DNA of 64,000 nucleotides from Candidatus Eiseniibacteriota bacterium. GTDB taxonomy: Bacteria > Eisenbacteria > RBG-16-71-46 > CAIMUX01 > VGJL01. The notes under the pieces are model-generated. The model did not search any database. It worked only from the letters and a program-made list of their open reading frames with translations, and was not told where the DNA came from. A program made the translations under genes and the position numbers. The stretch spans positions 118,048 to 182,047 of the forward strand of contig JBHGAY010000005.1 in the NCBI GenBank assembly GCA_041946735.1. The letters run 5' to 3'. Shown here in pieces: positions 18,934 through 27,567 of this stretch (position 1 is its first letter; each line of letters opens with the position of its first letter).

Positions 18934-19041
18934 GGCGGTCTCGATGGGCGCCCGGGGCGCCGCGGTCACGATGGGCGTGCCCTGTGCGGCGGTCCCGATG
19001 AGCGCGCCGGACGCCGCGGTCGCGGCGGGCACCGCGGGCGC
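18934..19041. repeat. Four degenerate 27-bp intergenic tandem repeats (core GCGGTCnCGATGrGCG)
   Basis: Units start at 18934, 18961, 18988 and 19015. Confidence 0.7.
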
Positions 19042-19142
19042 GCGCACGGCTCGATGCGGGATCGAGGAGCCGCCGGCCGGAAGGCGGGCCGGACGCCCAC
19101 AGAGGCGCCCGCGCGAGTCGCGCGGGCGAGGGGAGGGAGCCG

Positions 19143-20804
19143 ATGAAGCGCGACCTCGAGGCGCTCGCCTCGCGTCGCCACGACCTGCTGATCGTCGGTG
19201 GCGGGATCCACGGCGCCTGCATCGCGCGCGACGCGGCGCTGCGCGGGCTTTCCGTCGCCCTCGTCGACCGGTCGGACTTCGGCTCGGGCGCTTCTCAGAA
19301 CAGCCTGAAGATCCTGCACGGCGGCCTTCGCTATCTGCAGGGCTTCGATCTCGCCCGCATGCGCGCCTCGATCCTGGAACGCTCCATCCTGGCCCGCATC
19401 GCGCCGCATCTCGTCGAGCCGCTCGGCTTCCTTCTGCCGCTCGGCGGCGGCCGCGGCCCGGACCCTCTCGCGATGGCGCTCGCGCTTCGCGTGGCCGACC
19501 TGGCCGGCAGCGATCGCAACCGCGACCTCCCGCCCGAGCTGCGGATCCCGGGCGGCAGGATCACCGGGCGCCGCTTCCTCCGCTCCCTCGCGCTCCCGGC
19601 CGGCTTCGACGGCGCGCGCTCGGTCGCGCTTTGGCACGACCTGCGCGTCCGCAACACGGAGCGGATGACGATGGCGTTTCTGCTCTCGGCCTGCGAGCAC
19701 GGGGCGATCGCGATCAACCACGCGCGGGTCGACAGGCTTCTCCGTCTGGAGGACGGAGCGATCGCCGGCGTGCACGTCGCCGACACGCTCGGCGACAACC
19801 GGATCGACGTCCGCGCGAAGGCGGTCGTGGTCGCGGCCGGCTCGTGGACGGCCGAGATCCTCGACGATCTCCAGGGACGTCCGGCCTCGCCGGACCGCCC
19901 GCAGGCGCTCGCCGTCAACCTCCTCACGCGCCGGCCGGCTCCTCCTTTCGCGCTCGGCTTTCGCTCTGCGGCTGCGCCCCCCGGCGATCCTGCGGGACGC
20001 GGCCGCACCTGCTTCCTCGTGCCCCATCGCGGCGCGACGATGATCGGCACCTTCTACCGCGTGCACCGGGGTCCCTCCGACGGCTACGCGATCACCGAGG
20101 AACTGCTCGCCTCGTTCGTCGAGGAGTGCAATGCCGCCTGGCCGGAGCTGCGCCTGCGCGTCGAGGAGATCGAGGGGTGTCACCATGGGCTGCTGCCGTG
20201 CGACATCTCGGCCGACGGCTTGCGTCTCGCTCAGCGCCCACGGATTCGCGACCACGCCGCGGGCGACGGGCACCCGGGTCTCATCTCGGTCGAAGGGGTG
20301 AAGTACACGACGGCGCGGCTCGTCGCGGAGAAGGTGTCGAACCTGGTCTTCGAGCGGCTCCACCGGCGTTCGCCGCCGTGCTGGGGGAGGGTCGAGGCGC
20401 TGCCGGGCGGCGAGAAGGGGACGATGCGCGCGGAGGAGTCGGCGGCCGGCAGTCCCGCGGTGGCGCGGTTGATCCGGCTGCACGGCAGCCGCTACCGGAG
20501 CCTCCCTTCGCGCGGCGAGGAGCCGGAGTCCTCCTGGATCTCTCCGATGCCCGGAATCGGCGCTTCCCGGGCGGAGATCCTCCATCCGATCCGCGAAGAG
20601 GCGGCGATGCGGCTCTCGGATCTCGTTCTCCGCAGGACCGAGATTGCGGCGGACGGTCCGCCCGGCGAAGCATGCGTTGCGGCGATTGCGGCCGCCATCG
20701 CTCCCGAGATGGGATGGCCGGCGTCGCGATGGGAGGCCGAGGTGGCGGACACGCTCGCCGAGCTCCGGCCATGGGAGGAGAAGGCTTGGGCGTCCGCCCC
20801 CTGA
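19143..20804 (+). CDS. FAD-dependent oxidoreductase, glycerol-3-phosphate dehydrogenase (GlpD)-like
   Basis: DLLIVGGGIHG, DFGSGASQNSLKILHGGLRYL, GVKYTTAR, EAAMRLSDLVLRRT. Confidence 0.85.
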   Translation: MKRDLEALASRRHDLLIVGGGIHGACIARDAALRGLSVALVDRSDFGSGASQNSLKILHGGLRYLQGFDLARMRASILERSILARIAPHLVEPLGFLLPLGGGRGPDPLAMALALRVADLAGSDRNRDLPPELRIPGGRITGRRFLRSLALPAGFDGARSVALWHDLRVRNTERMTMAFLLSACEHGAIAINHARVDRLLRLEDGAIAGVHVADTLGDNRIDVRAKAVVVAAGSWTAEILDDLQGRPASPDRPQALAVNLLTRRPAPPFALGFRSAAAPPGDPAGRGRTCFLVPHRGATMIGTFYRVHRGPSDGYAITEELLASFVEECNAAWPELRLRVEEIEGCHHGLLPCDISADGLRLAQRPRIRDHAAGDGHPGLISVEGVKYTTARLVAEKVSNLVFERLHRRSPPCWGRVEALPGGEKGTMRAEESAAGSPAVARLIRLHGSRYRSLPSRGEEPESSWISPMPGIGASRAEILHPIREEAAMRLSDLVLRRTEIAADGPPGEACVAAIAAAIAPEMGWPASRWEAEVADTLAELRPWEEKAWASAP

Positions 20805-22111
20805 AGATCCTGTTCCTCGCTCCGCACCCGTTCTTCCAGGATCGAGGGACGCCGATCGCCGACCGCGCCGTTCTCGAGGCGCTCGTCGAACGAGGACACG
20901 AGGTCGATCTGCTCGTGTTTCCCGAAGGCCGGGAGATCGATCTCCCCGGCTGCACGATCCATCGCGTGCCGCGCATCCGGGGGATCGGGCCGATCCGTCC
21001 CGGCTTCTCGGCCGGCAAGCTCCTCTACGACGTCCGGATGCTGCGGGCCGCCGCCCGCCTCGCTCGCGAGCGCGGGTACGACCTCGTCCACGCGGTGGAG
21101 GAATCGGCGCTGATCGCATGCTGGTTGCAGCGCCGCTTCGGGATCCCGTTCGTCTATGACATGGACTCCTCGATCCCGCAGCAGATGACGGAGAAGCTCG
21201 CGTGGCTGCGTCCGGCGCGGCCGCTGCTCGAAGCGGCGATGCGGCCGGCGCTGCGCGACAGCCTCGCCGTGATCGCCGTTTGCCGCACGCTGGAGGAGGA
21301 GGTGCGGCGCCTCGCGCCGCTGGCGGATGTGCACCGGATCGAGGACTTCAGCCTGCTCGACGAAGCGGGCGAGACGGGTGCGGGCGGGCAAGAGGACGGG
21401 CGAGCGGGCGGGCAGGAGGGCGCCGGCCCGCCCGACCTGGATCGCGCGGCGGGACCGATCGTCCTCTACGCCGGCAACCTCGAGCCGTATCAGGGGATCG
21501 ACCTGCTCCTCCGCGCATTCGCCGTGGTCGCCCGTGCGGAGACGCGGGCGCAGCTCGTGCTGATCGGCGGCCGGGCGGACGACATCGCGCGCTACCGCAA
21601 GCGCGCGGCGCGCCTGGGGATCGAGTCGCGCGCGCACTTCCTCGGCCCCAGTCCGATCGGCTCCCTGCGCGCAAGCCTGGCCCAGGCGGACGTTCTCGTC
21701 TCCCCGCGCATCCGCGGACGGAACACGCCGATGAAGATCTACTCCTACCTCGACAGCGGGTGCGCGCTCGTCGCGACGCGCCTGCCGGTGCACACGCAGG
21801 TGCTGGACGACGAGATCGCTCTGCTCGCCGAACCGCAGCCCGAGGTGTACGCCGAGGCGATCCTCGCGCTGCTCCGCGATCCCGCCCGGCGCAACGCGCT
21901 CGGCCGCGCCGCCGCGGAGCGAGCGCGCCGCCTCTACAGCCGCGCCGCATTCCGGGCGAAGATCGACAAGCTCTACGGGGCGATCGAGGAGAGGCTATCG
22001 GCGTCCTCGCCGGCGTCGCCGTCGCCGTCGTCGCCGTCGTCGCCATCGCCACTGTCGCCATCGCCGTTTCCGGCTCCGCCGGGAGAGCAGCCCGGCGAGA
22101 GGCGCGCCTGA
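20786..22111 (+). CDS. GT4-family glycosyltransferase
   Basis: KILFLAPHPFFQDRGTP, YAGNLEPYQGIDLL, ADVLVSPR...NTPMKIYSYL. Start is probably TTG 20786 (or ATG 20771). Confidence 0.88.
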   Translation: MGVRPLKILFLAPHPFFQDRGTPIADRAVLEALVERGHEVDLLVFPEGREIDLPGCTIHRVPRIRGIGPIRPGFSAGKLLYDVRMLRAAARLARERGYDLVHAVEESALIACWLQRRFGIPFVYDMDSSIPQQMTEKLAWLRPARPLLEAAMRPALRDSLAVIAVCRTLEEEVRRLAPLADVHRIEDFSLLDEAGETGAGGQEDGRAGGQEGAGPPDLDRAAGPIVLYAGNLEPYQGIDLLLRAFAVVARAETRAQLVLIGGRADDIARYRKRAARLGIESRAHFLGPSPIGSLRASLAQADVLVSPRIRGRNTPMKIYSYLDSGCALVATRLPVHTQVLDDEIALLAEPQPEVYAEAILALLRDPARRNALGRAAAERARRLYSRAAFRAKIDKLYGAIEERLSASSPASPSPSSPSSPSPLSPSPFPAPPGEQPGERRA

Positions 22112-22119
22112 GGCGGGCG

Positions 22120-23037
22120 ATGGCGGCAGCGAGCGCGTCGCCCGATCGCAGGGCGGAATGGGCGGAGAAGCTCTTCCGCCGCTCGGTCCTCAAGCAGCAG
22201 AAGGTGCGGGCGATCGTCTCGATGCTGCCGCCGATCGCGGCGGCCGCCGCGCCGGACACCGCGGGGCGCCGCGGCGCCGGTCCCCTCCCGGATCGCTTCA
22301 CCTGCCTCGACATCGGAGGCGACAACGGGATCGTCAGCCTCCTGCTGCGCGCGCAGGGCGGGCGCTGGACCAGCGCGGATCTCGACGAGAGGGCGGTCGC
22401 TTCGATCGCGGATCTGCTCGGCGAAGAGGTCTGCCGGATCGGCGAGGACCGGCTGCCGTTCTCCGATGGCAGCTTCGACTTGATCGTGATCGTCGACTTC
22501 CTCGAGCACACGCGCGCCGACCGCCGGTTCGCGGCCGATTGCGCGCGCGTGCTTCGACCGGGTGGCTGGCTGATCGCCAACGTCCCGCATCTCGTGCCGG
22601 GCTCGATCCTGGGCCGGGCGCGGCGCGCCGTGGGATGGACCGATGAGATGCACGGCCACGTCCGTCCCGGCTACGATCTCGCGGGACTGTGCGACGTGGT
22701 CGGCGCCGCCTTCGCGCTCGAGGAGGCGCGCGGCTACGGGCGCGCGTTCTCGGAGGTCGTCGACATCGCGCTGAACGCTCTGTACTCGCGCCGGCGTGCG
22801 CCCGATGCAGCGGGCGCCGCAGCGGGCGCCGCGGCGGGCGCCGCCGCGGCCGCCGCCGCTCCGCCGTCTCTCAAAGGGACGGTCGTGACCGCCGCCGACG
22901 TCCAGCAGCGGCGCAAGGAGATGGCGGCGCTCGCCCTCGCCTACCCCGCGTTGAAGGCGTTCGCCTCGCTCGACGCGCTCCTCTTCCGGCATCCGGGCTA
23001 TCGCCTGATCGCGCGCTTCCGGCGGCTCGGGCCATGA
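22120..23037 (+). CDS. Class I SAM-dependent methyltransferase
   Basis: CLDIGGDNG, LPFSDGSFD, DFLEH, RVLRPGG, GHVRPGY. Confidence 0.85.
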   Translation: MAAASASPDRRAEWAEKLFRRSVLKQQKVRAIVSMLPPIAAAAAPDTAGRRGAGPLPDRFTCLDIGGDNGIVSLLLRAQGGRWTSADLDERAVASIADLLGEEVCRIGEDRLPFSDGSFDLIVIVDFLEHTRADRRFAADCARVLRPGGWLIANVPHLVPGSILGRARRAVGWTDEMHGHVRPGYDLAGLCDVVGAAFALEEARGYGRAFSEVVDIALNALYSRRRAPDAAGAAAGAAAGAAAAAAAPPSLKGTVVTAADVQQRRKEMAALALAYPALKAFASLDALLFRHPGYRLIARFRRLGP

Positions 23038-24086
23038 GGCGCTGGCTCCCCTGGCTGCGCGCACTGGCGGGCGTCGCGATCCTCGCCGCCCTGCTCGCGT
23101 GGGTCGACGTCCGCAGCGTCCTCGGCCTTGTGGCGCGAATCGGTCCCGGGATTGCGCTGCTCCTCTTCGTCCTCTACGTGGTCGATCGCGTCGCCATGGC
23201 TTGGAAGTGGTGGTGGCTACTGCGGTCGGTCCATCCGGGGATCCGCCTGGCGCCGTTGATCCGCGCCTACTTCTACAGCGCGTTCGTGGTCACCTTCCTG
23301 CCGTTCTCCGCCGGAGCGGAGCTGGTGAGGCTCGGCGCGGTGCTGGGCGAGCCGGTGCCGAAGCGCGACCTCTTCGCGTCGATGGTCGTCGAGCGGACCC
23401 TCGGCTTCCTCTCGATGGTCGCGATGGCTCTGCTTGCCGCGCTGCTGCTCTTCGCCACGCATTCCGGCGAAGCCGCCGCGCAGATCGCGGGCATGACGGC
23501 CCTCCTCGCGACGGGCGCCCTTGTCGCGTTCACCGTCGCGGCGATTCTCGTGCTCCGGCCGCCAAGCGCCCTGCGCTCCCTGCTCTCCCGCGTCCGCCTC
23601 CCCGGCGCCTCGCTCTTCGGCCGGATCGTCGCCTCTATGCGGCTGTTCGTCGCCGATCGGCGCACGCTCGTCCTGTTCTATGGGATCTCGTTCTTCGAGC
23701 AGCTCGTCCCGGTGTGGATGCTTTGGCTTCTTGCGCGCGATCTCGGCGTCCTGATCGGCTTCGTGCAGATGCTCTCCGTCGTTCTCCTGTCGCTGCTCCT
23801 GACACGGATTCCGGTCTCGCTGAGCGGCCTGGGCGTGCAAGAGGGGGTGTTCGTCGGCCTCTTTCTGCTCTTGGGTCGGACGAAGGAGGAAGGCCTGGCG
23901 GTCTCCCTCGCGGCGCGCGTCCTGGACATCCTCTTTCCGCTTCCGGTGATCGCCCTCTTCTACTCCGATACGGTTCGGGCGATCCGGGCGGCCCGGCGGG
24001 AAGCGAGCGGCCAAGCTGTTGTCGACCCGTCGAGTCCAGCGTCGACGGCCGCGGACGGGACGGAGAAGGTAACGGGGACGTCATGA
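23034..24086 (+). CDS. Lysylphosphatidylglycerol-synthase TM (UPF0104, flippase-like) protein
   Basis: Multi-TM protein; AWKW..LL, FLP.SAGAELVR, VERTLG, IPVSLSGLGVQEG; ATGA overlap with the upstream gene. Confidence 0.85.
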   Translation: MRRWLPWLRALAGVAILAALLAWVDVRSVLGLVARIGPGIALLLFVLYVVDRVAMAWKWWWLLRSVHPGIRLAPLIRAYFYSAFVVTFLPFSAGAELVRLGAVLGEPVPKRDLFASMVVERTLGFLSMVAMALLAALLLFATHSGEAAAQIAGMTALLATGALVAFTVAAILVLRPPSALRSLLSRVRLPGASLFGRIVASMRLFVADRRTLVLFYGISFFEQLVPVWMLWLLARDLGVLIGFVQMLSVVLLSLLLTRIPVSLSGLGVQEGVFVGLFLLLGRTKEEGLAVSLAARVLDILFPLPVIALFYSDTVRAIRAARREASGQAVVDPSSPASTAADGTEKVTGTS

Positions 24087-24219
24087 GATCCATTCGCTGA
24101 GGAGCCGACAGGATCGCTAAACTATTGCTCGCGGCGTGTGGCGGTTCGCATTTGCCCTTTGCGCAAGGGGCCGGCCCGCTGTCGCCCAGGAATCCGCAAG
24201 GTCCACCAACGAGAGATAG

Positions 24220-25236
24220 ATGACGACTGTTCGTGATCCCCTCTCCTCTCCGGCTGCCGGGCTCAGGCTCGGGCCGGAGGTGTCGATCATCATCCCCGTG
24301 TACAACGAGGAGGAGAGTCTCCCGCTGCTCTGCGCTTCGATCCGCGACGCGCTGCACGGCTGGCCGTACTCCTATGAGGTTCTACTGATCGACGACGGGA
24401 GCACCGACGGAACCATCGACCGCTCCCGCGAGGAGATGCGACGCGATCCGCGGATTCGCGTCCTTCGCTTCCCTGTCAATCAGGGACAGACGGCGGCGAT
24501 GGCGTGCGGATTCCGGCGGGCTCGCGGACGGATCCTCGTCACCCTCGACGCCGATCTCCAGAACGATCCGCGAGACATTCCGCTCCTGGTCGAACGGCTC
24601 GAGGAGGGCTACGGCATGGTCTGCGGCTGGCGGAAGGACCGGCACGATTCCTTCACGCGGACGCTCCCCTCGAAGATCGCGAACCGCTTGATCGCCTGGA
24701 CCGCCGGCACGCAGATCCGCGACACGGGATGCACGCTCAAGGCGTACCGGCTCGAGGTGGTGCGCGCGCTCCGCCTCTACTCCGAGATGCACCGTTTCCT
24801 TCCCGCGCTCGCCTCGATGACCGGCGCCAGGATCAGCGAGGTCGTCGTCCGGCATCACCCGCGCCGTCACGGGCGGAGCAAGTACGGCATCAGCAGGACG
24901 GTGAAGGTCCTGATCGACCTCCTCATGATCAAGATGGTCACGCAGTTCGCGAGCCGCCCGGGGAGCTGGTTCGGCCTGCTCGCCCTTCCGTGGCTGATCC
25001 TCGGAATTCTCGCGAGCCTGTACTGGGGGATCCGCCTGATCGGCGGGGTGCAGTCGCTGATCGTCGCCCCGACGCTCGCGATCCTTTTCTTCTACATGTT
25101 CGGGCACATGATGATGCTGTCGGTGCTGAGCGAGATGCTTCTCGCCTACGGCGACCGCCGGTTCTTGCGGCGGATCGCCGAAGCGCTGAGCGTGCAGGAC
25201 CGGGTCGAGAGTCAGGAAGAGGAGGAGGTCTCATGA
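24220..25236 (+). CDS. GT2 polyprenyl-phosphate glycosyltransferase (ArnC/DPM1-like)
   Basis: IIIPVYNEE, IDDGSTD, NQGQTAA, LDADLQNDP, DTGCTLKAY, MHRFLP, GRSKYG, two C-terminal TM helices. Confidence 0.92.
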   Translation: MTTVRDPLSSPAAGLRLGPEVSIIIPVYNEEESLPLLCASIRDALHGWPYSYEVLLIDDGSTDGTIDRSREEMRRDPRIRVLRFPVNQGQTAAMACGFRRARGRILVTLDADLQNDPRDIPLLVERLEEGYGMVCGWRKDRHDSFTRTLPSKIANRLIAWTAGTQIRDTGCTLKAYRLEVVRALRLYSEMHRFLPALASMTGARISEVVVRHHPRRHGRSKYGISRTVKVLIDLLMIKMVTQFASRPGSWFGLLALPWLILGILASLYWGIRLIGGVQSLIVAPTLAILFFYMFGHMMMLSVLSEMLLAYGDRRFLRRIAEALSVQDRVESQEEEEVS

Positions 25237-26210
25237 ACGGGCCGCAGCACGATCCCGCCGCCGGCCGCTACGGCCTTTCCATCGTCTGCGTGCCGAGCGA
25301 TTACGCCGGCGATCTCGCGCAGGTGCACCGCGACTTCCGCGACGTCCTCGCACGCGGCAGCTACACCGCCGAGTTCCTCTACGTGCTCGACGGTCCGCGT
25401 CCGGCGGCCGAGAAATCGCTGGCCAGCCTGCAGGAGAGCCGCTTCCCTGTCTCGGTCCACAGGATGGCGAAAGGATTCGGCCAGTCGGCCGCGCTCCAGT
25501 ACGCCTTCGAGCGCGCGCAGGGGCGGTTCGTCCTCACCATCCCCGACAGGCAGCAAGTGGAACCGGAAGCGATCCTTCAGGTGATCGCCGAGTTGGAGAA
25601 GGGGGAGGAGGCGGTCGTGACGCGGAGGGAGCCGCGCAAGGATCCGCTGCTCAACCGGATCCAGTCGAAGGTCTTTCACTCCCTCGTCCGGCGGCTCTCG
25701 GGCCAATCGTTCCGCGACATGACGTGCGGGCTGCGCGGGTTCACGCGCGAAGCGGCGGCCCGTCTCGACCTCTATGGGGACCTCCACCGGTTCATCCCGG
25801 TGCTCGTCGCGCGGCGAGGCTACCTCGTCAAGGAGATCCCGGTGCGGCAGCGGGAGGAAGACCGCCAGCTCCGGATGTTCGGCCCGGGCGTCTACGCCCG
25901 CCGCCTCCTCGACATCCTTCACGTCTTCTTCCTCACGAGGTTCACGCGCAAGCCGCTCCGTTTCTTCGGACTCGTCGGCTTCGCGCTCTCCTTCGTCGGC
26001 CTCGCGATCGCCGGGCTGCTTGCGCTGCTGCGGATCTTCGGCGGGACTTCCCTGGCGGATCGCCCTCTTCTCGTCCTCGCGATCGTGTTGATCATTCTCG
26101 GCGTACAGGTGATCTCCATCGGACTGATCGGCGAGATCGTGATCTTCCTGTCGCCCAAGCAGGAGGAACCGAACGTGCGCGAGCTGGAAAGGGAGACGCG
26201 GGCGCACTGA
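25233..26210 (+). CDS. GT2 ArnC-like paralogue with degenerate catalytic motifs
   Basis: Same architecture (FGQSAAL, DMTCGLR, LYGDLHRFIP, KPLRFFG), but LDGPR and TIPDRQQ replace DDGS and DADLQ. Confidence 0.8.
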   Translation: MNGPQHDPAAGRYGLSIVCVPSDYAGDLAQVHRDFRDVLARGSYTAEFLYVLDGPRPAAEKSLASLQESRFPVSVHRMAKGFGQSAALQYAFERAQGRFVLTIPDRQQVEPEAILQVIAELEKGEEAVVTRREPRKDPLLNRIQSKVFHSLVRRLSGQSFRDMTCGLRGFTREAAARLDLYGDLHRFIPVLVARRGYLVKEIPVRQREEDRQLRMFGPGVYARRLLDILHVFFLTRFTRKPLRFFGLVGFALSFVGLAIAGLLALLRIFGGTSLADRPLLVLAIVLIILGVQVISIGLIGEIVIFLSPKQEEPNVRELERETRAH

Positions 26211-26401
26211 CCGCCCGGGCGCGAGCGTCCAGCCCGCCCGCGCCGTGCCTTCGCGCCGCTCGCCTCTCCCCTCGTCCACTCCCGTCGCTCGCCTTTCGTG
26301 CACGCTGCGAACATGCGGCGCGGTCCTCTGGCCGCGCTCCCTGCCGTATGGTGGGGGCGACGGGGCAGGCAGACGGCCGCCGGAACACGGAGGGGAACGC
26401 A

Positions 26402-26692
26402 GTGGCGAGATTCGACGGCAAAGTCGTGCTGGTGACCGGGGCGGGTCGCGGGATCGGACAGGCGATCGCCCGGCAATTCGCGAGCGAGGGAGCGCGGACG
26501 ATCGTGACCGACTCCGATGGAGCGGCAGCCGATGATCGAAGGGCTCGAGGAATCGGTCCGGTCCCTCCATCCGTGGGGAGGATCGCGGAGGCGACGGAGG
26601 TCGACGGCCTCGTCACCTTTCGCGCTTCGCCCGACGCGACGTTCATGACCGGCGCGACCTACCTCGTCGACGGCGGGTACGCGGCGCAATGA
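26402..26692 (+). pseudogene. Internally deleted SDR (96 aa: N- and C-termini only)
   Basis: RFDGKVVLVTGAGRGIG...D joined almost directly to GRIAEATEV...ASPDATFMTGATYLVDGGY; the NAG and YxxxK core is absent. Confidence 0.8.
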
Positions 26693-27567
26693 AGGCGCCG
26701 GCCCGCGTCCGCCGGCTCGTGGACCGGCGGCTCGTCGCACCGGCGCTCGCTGCCATGCTGCTCGTCGCGCTGATGCTCGGCGCCGGCGGCTGCACCGTTC
26801 GTGAGTCGCGACCGCCAACATCCCGCGCCGGCGCCGGCGGCTCGCCGCGCCCCGCCGACTCCGTGTCGATGACGATCCCGTCCGAAACCGCTCCGCCCGC
26901 CGGCGACAGGGAGACCTCCGGCACGGCGCCTGCCCCGCCAGCGACGTCGCGCCCGGTGCCTGCGCCGCCACCAGCGCCGGCGCCGCGCCCGGCCAGCCCT
27001 TTTGTCGATCCCGCCTTCCAGACCGGGATTCTTCGCGAAGTGAACTTCGCGCGCACCCGCCCCGCCGACTACGCGGATCTCGTCGAGCAATGGGAGCGCT
27101 ACTTCGATGGAGACGTGTTGCGGCGGCCGGGGCACCTGCCGGTCGTCACGAGGGAGGGAGCGGCCGCCGTGCGCGGAGCGGTCCGCTTCTTGCGCGAGGT
27201 CCACCCGGTCTCGCCCGTCCGTCTGTCCGAAGGGATGTCCTGGGCTGCCGTTGATCATGTCCTCGATCAGGGACCGCGCGCCGCGGTCGGTCACGAGGGG
27301 AGCGACGGTAGCCAGTCCTGGGATCGGATGGAACGCTACGGCGAGTGGAGCGGCAGCGCCGGGGAGGACATCTGGTACGGCCGGGGCAATCCCCGGGACG
27401 TCGTGATCGCGCTGATCGTTGACGACGGCGTTCCCGCCCGCGGCCACCGGCAGAACCTCTTTGATCCGGACTTCCGCGTGATCGGCGTCGGTTGCGGCAC
27501 GCACGCCTACTACGACTCGATGTGCGTCCTCACGTTCGCGGGCGGCTATCAGGAGCGGGCGCGCTAG
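26689..27567 (+). CDS. CAP/SCP-domain lipoprotein
   Basis: Lipobox-like GAGGC, Pro-rich linker, EVNFART.P..YA, GHEGSDGS, GEDIWYG, LIVDDGVPARGHRQNLF. Confidence 0.85.
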   Translation: MKAPARVRRLVDRRLVAPALAAMLLVALMLGAGGCTVRESRPPTSRAGAGGSPRPADSVSMTIPSETAPPAGDRETSGTAPAPPATSRPVPAPPPAPAPRPASPFVDPAFQTGILREVNFARTRPADYADLVEQWERYFDGDVLRRPGHLPVVTREGAAAVRGAVRFLREVHPVSPVRLSEGMSWAAVDHVLDQGPRAAVGHEGSDGSQSWDRMERYGEWSGSAGEDIWYGRGNPRDVVIALIVDDGVPARGHRQNLFDPDFRVIGVGCGTHAYYDSMCVLTFAGGYQERAR

